Source of the DNA: Lingula anatina
Taxonomy: Eukaryota; Animalia; Brachiopoda
Assembly (NCBI GenBank): GCA_051362555.1
Contig: CM120640.1
Span: 57,452,788-57,516,787, forward strand
Length of the DNA stretch: 64,000 nucleotides
Direction: 5' to 3'
In this document: piece after piece, positions 12,591 to 21,874 of the stretch
How the letters are laid out: each line of letters starts with the position of its first letter
Position numbering within the stretch: the stretch's first letter is position 1
Notes under the pieces: model-generated
What the model saw: the letters and a program-made list of their open reading frames with translations, nothing else
What the model was told of the DNA's origin: nothing
The model's database searches: none
Translations under genes and position numbers: made by a program

Positions 12591-12641
12591 GAAAATCTTG
12601 AAAATATGGATAGAAGCACAGTTGGTAACAGATATCTATTG
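12591..12641 (+). CDS. Cytokine receptor-like B exon 9 (51 nt, symmetric phase 0)
   Basis: poly-T ag|GAA...TTG|gtaggt; ENLENMDRSTVGNRYLL; skippable without frameshift. Confidence 0.65.
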
Positions 12642-12965
12642 GTAGGTTCTACTTCTACTGATTTCCACTTGCTTTGCATTAATGCATTTGTAATGAAAAT
12701 AAATATTTTTTAGTAAAGAAATGTATACCTAGGCTATAATGATTTCTAAATCATGAGAAATGTTGTTAAGTTAATACATAATTGAATATTATATTTGATA
12801 AACATATCAATTTAGACTTCTTTGCATTATTGCCAGCTGTACAGTCAACCACTCATGAGAGTTAATAAAGAAAGAAACTGATTCAATGATTAATTTCAAC
12901 CAATGAAAATTTCAAACATTATTTTTCTGTAAATAGAGTTTTTAATTCTTTCTGTGTATGAGTAG

Positions 12966-13721
12966 ATGCCAGCTGAGGATCCAGTTACTGTACAGGGTAG
13001 CCAAGACAGTGGCATTCTTACTGGTCAAGATGATGACAGTTCACATAGTACAGGTATCAGCACTGCTCAGTCATCATATGACCAGATTTGCCCAAGAGCA
13101 GGACAGCTGCAAAACCAAACATATACACAGACGAGCTCTTCAAGAATCATTGAACTCAGTGAAGGTACATTGCAAGGTGAAAAATTTAAAGAAAATATTG
13201 AAAGCCTCAGTGGAGATACATGTAAATGCAAAAATTGTAGAGAATTATTATTCCTCTATCATGCCTCTAGGAGGCTTTGTTTAGTGCCAGATGCCATTAA
13301 CAGTGAGAAACAATTTAAATTTCCGGATTGCTGTGTTCAAGCAGCAAAGAAAAGACCAAAATCTCCAGCCTCCGGTTATGCTCTCCTGGGTGGTGTTGAT
13401 TTCTCAGGTAAAAGTCCTGACAACCTACCCCTTTTACCTGGAGAACCAGATGAAGGGGACAGTTGGGAATTGTCTTCAAAAGAAGAATCTCTTGAATTTG
13501 AACAAAATTTAGTCAGTGATTATGGACTGTACATAAAGTGGCATATCACTCAAACCAGGACTTCCCAAAGTGACCTTGATGACACTGATGGTGATGGTGC
13601 ATGTAGTGAAAACTTAAATGTTTGTGGAGTTACTAGTAAAGACTTCCAGATGGAAAATCTGAAAGTCTGCCCAGATTACCAAGGTATTCACAACACTACG
13701 GACTGGCTCTCTGAATGCTGA
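12966..13721 (+). CDS. Cytokine receptor-like B exon 10: cytoplasmic tail
   Basis: tag|ATG acceptor in phase 0, ORF 12966..13721. Contains DSGILT, SSYDQI and SGYALL. Summed exons give 1983 nt = 660 aa + stop. Confidence 0.85.
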   Translation: MPAEDPVTVQGSQDSGILTGQDDDSSHSTGISTAQSSYDQICPRAGQLQNQTYTQTSSSRIIELSEGTLQGEKFKENIESLSGDTCKCKNCRELLFLYHASRRLCLVPDAINSEKQFKFPDCCVQAAKKRPKSPASGYALLGGVDFSGKSPDNLPLLPGEPDEGDSWELSSKEESLEFEQNLVSDYGLYIKWHITQTRTSQSDLDDTDGDGACSENLNVCGVTSKDFQMENLKVCPDYQGIHNTTDWLSEC

Positions 13722-13811
13722 TAATGTTGATGATCATGATATTTTTACCACTGAAAAAAAGGCAAGCAGTAAATGCCAGAGATGTGAGATGAATAAAGAA
13801 TATAGAATATA

Positions 13812-15473
13812 CAACATTGGTCAAAAAAGTTGTCCCACCCCCATTTCCATGTACTGTTATTTACAAATAATCACCTCACAGCCGTAAATTGTTAGAAATA
13901 GTGCTTTTTATTCCAGATACCGTGTCTAACACGATTAAGGGTTCAAAAAATATAAAATAGTGGTGAAAATATACAAATTTTATACCATTAAGTAAAATTT
14001 ATAACAGGTACCCCCTCAAATCCAATGTTTCTCTGTGATTTCAACAGATGTAAAGAAATATCTATTAAATTGAAAAGAGGCCATTAAATGTCACCAAATT
14101 TCCACACAATTAGCATTAGGGTGTGCTCGTTAAAGGTCACATGCCTAATAGCAAGTGCGGCTACCACGTACTGCAATTATCTCCTGTAGATGGCACAGCA
14201 AGCCTTCAGCACGGGTAACAGTTCTGTTTTGTGGGATATTGTCCCATTCTTCTTAAACAACTTGGGGGAGATGGTCCACGTTTTTATGGAATTGGTCTCC
14301 TCTGCAGTTCACACTCCATTTCATGTCACAGTTGATTAGTAAGGTTAATATCAGGGATCAAAGATGGTGGGGCCATCCTTAAAGCATTGTGTTTCTACAG
14401 CAAATCACTTGTCAGGCGAGAAGTGTGAGCAAGTTTGTCGTCATGATGAAGCCTTGAGTTAACCCATAAGTCAGTTCTTGAAGATGGAGTGAGATATCAG
14501 CTAAGAATGCAACGTTCATTGATCCCACAGGCATCTGAACATAGCCATCCATCACTGGAAGAAAGTCGGTTTTGATGCAGAATCAAGTTATTTCTTGTAC
14601 CCCATTGATGGTCAAATGAGGATCCACAGCCATGTTGAAAAATGCCTCTTGGAAGGGTGTGTGCAGGATAATATTGCCTGAGGTGTTAGATCAGTCCTCA
14701 TCTGGAGAACATTCCAAGCCCATGGTATTAGTACATTGTTCCTTTTGGAACAAAACGTAACTTGGGCATTTTACTGTAACATTCTCAATAGATAGCTCAC
14801 GCCAATTGCAAGAGGTGACTTCAGGGATGCTGCCAGCTTCATTGTGACAACGCACATGCTCACAGTTCTCGTCTGGCAATCGATTTGTTGCAGAAAGCGC
14901 TCTGAGGATGGGACAACCGTCTTTGAGTCCTAATATTAATCCTATTGAGCACCTGTGGCATTAATTGGAATGATCATTGCAGAGGAGAACCAATTCCCAA
15001 CTAATCTGGACCAATTCTGCCACGCTCTTTAAAATGAATGGGACAATATCCCACAAAACAGAATGGTTATCCGTGTTGAAGGCTTGTCGCGCCATCTACA
15101 GGAGATAATTGCAGTACGCGGTAGCTGCACTCACTATTAGGCATGTGGCATTTAACGAGCACACCCTAATGTTAATTGTGTGGAAATTTGGTGACATTTG
15201 GTGGCATCTTTTCAATTTAATAGACATTTCTTTACATCTGTAGAAATCACAGTGAAACATTGGATTTGAGGGGGTACCTGTTATAAATTTGACTAAATGG
15301 TATAAAATGTACATATTTTCACCACTATTTTGTATTTTCTGAACCATTAATCATGTTAAAAATGGTATTTGGAATAAAAGCCACCGTTTATAACAATTTA
15401 CACCTGTGAGGTGATCATTTGTAAATATAAGTACATGGAAATGAGGGTGGGACAACCTTTTTGACCAATGTTG
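13812..15473. mobile_element. Tc1/mariner-derived fold-back element with degenerate transposase
   Basis: Termini CAACATTGGTCAAAAA / TTTTTGACCAATGTTG with TA flanks. Plus strand 14540-15100 has decayed W-KKVGFDAES, DNAHAH and SPNINPIEHLW motifs; ~700-bp inverted arms. Confidence 0.88.
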
Positions 15474-15598
15474 TATGTTGAAGAAGCATGACCAAATAAG
15501 GGCTTCATTTGGGTGTACTACTATAGTACTTATGTGGTTTCTAATAGTGCCAACATCAACATTATATATATTTACTTGCTACTTGGTAAGATTGTTAT

Positions 15599-15602
<4 letters not shown>

Positions 15603-15660
<58 letters not shown>
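15603..15660. repeat. (TA)n microsatellite
   Basis: Pure TA run. Confidence 0.95.
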
Positions 15661-15664
<4 letters not shown>

Positions 15665-16137
15665 ATAACAATCTTACCTAGGCAGATTTTAAACCCACCT
15701 AGGTGGGTTTAATATCAAGCCAGAATAAAATCCCAAGGCACAGACAATTTTAGATTATGAAAAGATCTATCACATCTCTAAGCATTTAAGTTCTAGATTC
15801 TGTAATTAAGAACATCTGTTTTGAGCGATCTTGCATATGGGGGAATGCAAAACATTTTATTTATTTATTTATTTATTTATTATTATTATTGTGTTTTTTT
15901 TTTTGTTTTTTTTTTTTTGCCTCATAGATTGAAATACAAGAGTAAAAGTAATTCCAGCCATCTTTTTGGCTCTTCGATCATTCCTAAACATAACTCGGGT
16001 GTAATAGGGCTGTCTGCAAAGGGTTAACTTGTTCCGTCCAAATTTTTGTACCAAATATATATGTAGAACATCACTTTTTTATATTCTGATTGGTCTGTCT
16101 GTCTTTGTCATCGCTCTCAATGTTGCTATCTTCTGCT

Positions 16138-16760
16138 AACTTCCAAACCATATTTTTGTTATACTTTAATTTACTGAAAGACTTTCTTTGGTAAGATGGC
16201 AGTTTGCTTTCGAAAATCGCCATGATTGGTATACATTTATGGTAATTATTCTGTTTATTATTATTATTATTTTATTATCATTATTATTTTTTTTTTATTT
16301 ATTTATTTATTTATTTTTTTTTGCAGTTTTGGTGACGTTTGCCTCCTAACTGCCAAACCATACATTTGTTTTACTTTAAATTTACTGAGTGGCTATGTTT
16401 AGTAAAGATGCAGGTTGCTTTCATAAATTGGCATGATCGGTTTACATTTACATTAATCATTCTGTTTTTTTTTTTTTTTTTTTTTTTCCAATTTTGGTGA
16501 TGTTCATCCCATAACTGCCAAATCTTATCTTTGTTTTACTTTTAATTTACTGAGTGGCTTTGTTTGATAAAGAGGCAGGTTGCTTTTGAAAATTGGCATG
16601 AAAGGTTTACATTAATGGTAATTATACATTTTTTTTTTTTTTTTTGCACAAGTTTGGTGTGGATTGCCCCATAACTTCCAAATAATATTTTTAGTTTACT
16701 ATAAATTTACCAAGTGTCTTTGGTAAAGTGGCAGGTTTCTTTTGAAATTAAGATTATCAG
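16138..16760. repeat. Tandem repeat, ~160-210-bp unit, about 3.5 copies, with poly-T/(TTA) spacers
   Basis: AACT(T/G)CCAAA...TACTTT..ATTTAC...GCAG(G/T)TT.CTTT recurs at ~16138, 16348, 16512 and 16672. Confidence 0.8.
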
Positions 16761-17342
16761 TTTATGATAATTATTTTGTTTTTAATGTGTGAATTTTTCA
16801 TTTTTCACACATTAGCATTTTCAGTGGCTTTTATATCACATGGAATTGAATCACTTGCTAGTTTTTCAATGTCCATGTTACCTGTAGTACATAATGTAAG
16901 AAGGTAACAATGCTTATGCTATTTTAAAGCATTATTTTGTGCACTTTTTTTCTGTGTAATGTCTGAACATTTGACAGCTTTGCTGCCATGTTTCCTGTAT
17001 GGTATCTGTATATTTGTCAGCTTTGCTGTCTAGTTGCATCTTAACTCAGGAAACCACTGTTGCCTCTACCCTGAAATCAGTTTGGGAGAACATTGCTGCC
17101 TCTTGACAGGGAGGACTATGGCACCTTTAGTTTCTGGACACTGGTGGGAGTTTGTCCATTCAATCCAGAACACTTGGAAAGGGAATTTTTATACTTTCAT
17201 GAATTACTTTTGTAAATTTATCTGGACGCTAAAACTACCCAGTAAGTTTCTGAATTTCATGGATGGGACTTTTACTGTATGTTCTTGGACAGTTAAGATG
17301 GCAGTTGGTGGGCAAAATGATTAACTGTGCAATTCGAAATAA

Positions 17343-17579
17343 CCCCTTCATAAATTTGTCTCATTTAACGTTCACTTACGGTTCTCAATCAATTCTAGAA
17401 CATTTGGCGTATATTTTTTACAGTTCTAATGTTGTTTTGTAATGAATTGAACAGTTCAAGAACTGTGTCCTTCAGAATGTCCTAGAACAGATAAAGAACA
17501 TCTTTCCTAAAAAGAGAAAAACATGTTCTAGGTCAGATTGAGAACCATGAGTGTTAAATGAGACAAATTTTTGCAGGGG
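17343..17579. mobile_element. MITE (TIR CCCCT..A.AAATTTGTCTCATTTAAC)
   Basis: Terminal inverted repeats; a second copy in opposite orientation at 53300-53541. Confidence 0.75.
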
Positions 17580-17663
17580 AATAGGGGTGGGGAGGGGGTG
17601 CGAAACACCAACTTTCTCAGTGTTTTTCATTCCTATATTTGTCAAAAGAACACAGACCAAAAT

Positions 17664-17666
<3 letters not shown>

Positions 17667-17718
<52 letters not shown>
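17667..17718. repeat. (TA)n microsatellite
   Basis: Pure TA run. Confidence 0.95.
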
Positions 17719-17721
<3 letters not shown>

Positions 17722-19278
17722 TTATATCATATTTATTACACAGTTGCTACCTAAGTTGTATTTTATTCCCCCCCCCCTCTTTTTTGATTAAACTTTTGGT
17801 GACTGAAAGTACATAAAAATAATAATTTGGAATGTTAACAATAAACATTAGAAATACATTTCAATGTTTAAATTTTTGATTGCTTTAATGAGGCTGCTCA
17901 CTATTTTGAATTTCTATTCAGGTGAATAGTTAAATAAGTGATAAATTTATTTTAAGGTATACTATCATCATTTGAAACTGCCTCGAAGTCATATTTATTT
18001 ATTCCATCAGGGGTGGGCCAAACACTGACACTTGAGTTTTTACATATAGGAGAAAAAAATATTTTTAAAGAAAACTTGATTTTGTGTGAAAATCCCAAAT
18101 AGGATACCGTTTAGGGTACATGTACAACTATCTCTGTTGAAGAATTAGATCTTTATCAAAGCAGCGCATTCCAAAAAAAGTTGGGTTTGATTGGGTTTGA
18201 TTTTAGCATGTTCATTTTTATCGTTTGCTGATTATGTTAGAACACACCAGCCTTAATCACTACCTGAGGTCTTCTTTGGCTTTATAGAATGCGGATTTTG
18301 AGACTATCAGGCTGTGTACGCCTGTGTAAGTACCCTGCCTCTTCCCGCCCCCAAACAAACTGGCACAGCACAGCACAGCAGCCAAGAAGATAACTGTTTG
18401 GGTGGATGTAATCACACTTGGACAGGTGTCCTTCTACATGTGACAGTTAGAGAAGGCAGAGAAGACCTATGGTAACATTGGTTGCACTTGTGAAGTGTTT
18501 ATCTCCAGTCTCATAAAATGCCACTACATGTAGTGTGTGCAAGCCTGTTGATTAATGTGAAAGCATCCATAAGAAAGCTATCTATGCAACAATAAGCTCA
18601 TTTTGTGCTCAGGTGCATGCCTGTGAATGTTCTCATACACCACAATAGGACTACCAATTTCTTAAAACCTCTTCTGCCATCATCAACAATCTGCCCTGGT
18701 GCTGATAGATCTACAATGTATATCACAATGCCCATATTTGGCCCACATATAGGCATTCACATTTTTGCCAGTCCTGCAGTGTAAGGGAAAGAGCCTGCTT
18801 CTCCTCCAAGAATTCTCCACTGTGTCCTTTTTGTGTCAACATTCAGTGAAATTATAATTTTGGGTTCTCTTCCGTGATTGTGAATGTAATTTAAAGACAG
18901 AGACAAATTGTATAACAATGCCGTGTTATATAAGTATCAAGACAAATATTCCAAATGTTGGTTAGGTTTAAACGATCTTTAATTTTTCTTATGTTATCAA
19001 TAAAGAAGACACAGTGTATTAACACAAAGAATTAACTTCAAAATTTTGTATGAATTTCTTTAATTACAAATATCTAGGGCTGTAATCCGAATCCATACAT
19101 TTGTGTGTATAGAGGAAAAAGGTTTCAAATAATCTTTCATATGAAAAATATGGAGTATATGTAATGTATATTTTAATCAACATCATTTAGAGATGCCTAT
19201 AAATAAATTCATAATACAGGACTCCAATGGGCGTTATGGTGTTAAGGCAACCTTAAAAAAATTTTTTTTTAATATCAG

Positions 19279-19513
19279 TCAACCCCATCCAAGCGTTCCT
19301 CCTCCGCCTCCTCTTTTTTTTCTCACATTCGACTGCTCAGAGAACCACTCTGGATTCACAACATAGGTGGCTTTTGGATAAAACTTTGGGTTGTAAAACA
19401 TGGGGCCTGTCTTAAAATTAATGTCTTTCTCATTTCTCAATTCATTGTTCTGTTCTATGTTAATTTTGAACTCGGGTGCTGGTATTGAGTAGGCAGGTCG
19501 AGCATCCACTGGT
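19279..19513 (-). CDS. Unknown ~217-aa protein, last coding exon
   Basis: ttccag|A acceptor at 19514, phase 2; KPVDARPAYSIPAPEF...FYNPKFYPKATYVVNPEWFSEQ...GWG-stop. Confidence 0.75.
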
Positions 19514-19726
19514 CTGGAAAAGATAAGATGGTATAACGTTTATTGGTATATACATGTATCTATAATTATTTTAATACAATCATCGTAGTAGATTTTGTAA
19601 TTTAAAAGTCAAAAACAAAACAGACCTAATATGCCTTTTGATTTTATTCTTTGAAAAGTAATACAACGCTAACTATGTATGATTTATATTTTGTGAATCA
19701 GTTAAGTGCTACTTTATACCACTCAC

Positions 19727-20057
19727 TTCAAAACTTCCCGTTTCCAGTCCTCAAGACTGCGATGCGAATTAGACTTTCTAGGACCTGTCGCTGCTTCTCC
19801 ATTCTCTATAAGAGGTGGAAGAGTGATGAGTTCAGAGGTTAGGGCTGCTATAGGGGGACTCTTAGTTTTCCCTTTTGGGCGTGTATTAATAGAAGTGAAG
19901 TACTTGGGTGTGGACAAATTCCGATCTTCTCTCTCTGGCAATACTTCTTGCTTTTTGTTTGGTGGTTGGTTACGAAGTAAGACCAGTTGCCTTGGGGTTT
20001 GTGTGCTACCACTGGATTTCTTCATATTTTGCCAAAAACTTCTCATCGCCTCAGTTT
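19727..20057 (-). CDS. Unknown ~217-aa protein, middle coding exon
   Basis: taacag|AA acceptor, AA|gtgagt donor; within ORF 19723..20076; phase 1->2 fits both neighbours. Confidence 0.75.
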
Positions 20058-20511
20058 CTGTTAAAATAGACAACAAGGTATACTGGTAGAACAGAAGTGA
20101 CTGTGAGTGTTATATTGCCAAAAGTTCAAATAATGATTAAAATGTACATGTATCTATACAGCTAAATTATTTCAAATGCAAATTAATTGCAAACTTCTAA
20201 GTATGGCTTATTATAAAATATCGTTGAAAAATCGGGCCTGATATTGTATTAAAATGGTTAAAGACACTACGCAAACCTTGCCTCCTTATTCACAGCATAT
20301 TTTGATAATTAAATGCTAAATATTTCCCTAACCAAGGGAATTTTGAAAAAAGTTACAACAGAAGTCAGTGGAAATTTGGAATTGGACCAAAAATTTTACC
20401 TTTGACCTATATTTCAAGAAACCATGGGTTAAAATCTTGTAAAATATTAAAATTTTCTGTGGAAAAATATTTATTTGTACCAATTTGCATTGATGTTATG
20501 GTGAGATGTTA

Positions 20512-20680
20512 GAGCACATTCAGAACAGCAAACTAACAGATCCGCAGATCAAACATGGCCGACCCACTTGAAAGCTTCTTGCGCAATCCCCAAATCTATC
20601 CAGTGCTCAATCGGTAAGCTTTTAAGTGGGTTGCCAAATTTGATACGCAGATGTGTGAGTCTGCTGTTCTGAATGCACTC
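20512..20680. mobile_element. Harbinger-type MITE
   Basis: GAGCACATTCAGAACAGC...GCTGTTCTGAATGCACTC, palindromic throughout, TTA on both flanks. Confidence 0.8.
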
Positions 20681-21786
20681 TTAGACTACAGTCAATCGGT
20701 GCATTTTCGTGAGAGAAGCAGCCATCAAAACATATACTTCCATAGCTACCATTTAACTTGAATGAGGTTAATTTCGTTTAAACTTGGTGTCAATTTTGGT
20801 GTTAAACATCATGTAAAAATTGCATCAAAATTGACAAAATAACCTATTTTGTGCATCTATTTTGTTTTTATGTCTGTACATTTTTCAGCTTTTCTCTTTG
20901 TTTAAAGAAAATTCCTGTATTTTCTTTATTATTATTTTCAAGAAAAGCAGTACAAAAATTGTTGTGTGCCAGTACATGTCAGCAACAACGTGTCGGGAGG
21001 GGGTATCCAGCTGAAGTAGCAGTGCTGCCCTCTTCCACCGCCCTTTACTGGAAGATCTTGGTCTGCGACACTGTTATGTGATCTGGACAAAATATTTTGC
21101 AACGTTAAAGAAAAAAATCCAGCTGCTAGTGCAAACAACACGATGTAGGGTCACACCACAGACTCAGGCGAAAGGGATTTGGCGTTATTTGATCTTCAAA
21201 TAAAACAAATAGCAACTAACGAGCAAATACAATGATACAGGCTGCAAAATATTCTACTGGCCAAGCCTTAAAGAAGTGTCTTCAAAAGCAGGGAAGTAGG
21301 TCTTACATATAATACAATACTTCAATTGACCAGGGTATAGCTGCTAGTTAGTGTAATAATGGAGCTATTATTTTAGGCACAAAATCACTGGTTTGCTTTT
21401 ACTGCATTACTCACATAATCGATTTGGGTAAGTAGCAAAACATTGTCGCATGGAAGAAAGAGCTCTGTAAAGCGCCTTTCAAATAATTTGTATGAAATCT
21501 TTGTTAAAATCGATATCAAGTGGTTAGATAAATATGCATGTTTTCTTTTCTAACCATTTAGGTCGACTGCTAAACATACAAACACTACAATATCACCATT
21601 GTGAACGGTGAGAAATGTACAGAAGCGAGACGTGTAGGTTTTTTAAACTGGTTCAAAATTAAATGCTCAGGAAACTGAACAATTCGATTTGGAATGCAGT
21701 ATGCCTCTGAACTTGACTACGGTAAATGTGGCTGGTATAACCAGCTACAGGTAAACACACTCTTTATTTAAATAAAAAATTCTTAC

Positions 21787-21874
21787 CCAGTCTCTTCCGA
21801 TTACTTGCCATGCTCCTGGCATCTTCTTGCCCTTTCTGCATAATGACAGGTAATATGTCGTAGAGCTCCTGCAT
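21787..21874 (-). CDS. Unknown ~217-aa protein, first coding exon
   Basis: Exon 21895-21787 (tttcag acceptor, G|gtaaga donor); ATG at 21874 reads MQELYDILPVIMQKGQEDARSMASNRKRL; phase 1. Total 654 nt. Confidence 0.7.

Noticed and set aside
15685-15716. 32-bp near-perfect palindrome GATTTTAAACCCACCTAGGTGGGTTTAATATC
   Set aside because: No flanking TSD; probably the remnant of a collapsed MITE.
16138-16760. Repeat-spacer-like pattern considered as a CRISPR array
   Set aside because: Eukaryotic context, long degenerate units, spacers are poly-T microsatellites, and no cas genes.
18200-18850. GC-richer block with Cys/His-rich translations, possibly a decayed DIRS/LTR gag
   Set aside because: No continuous frame or diagnostic motif that I can support.
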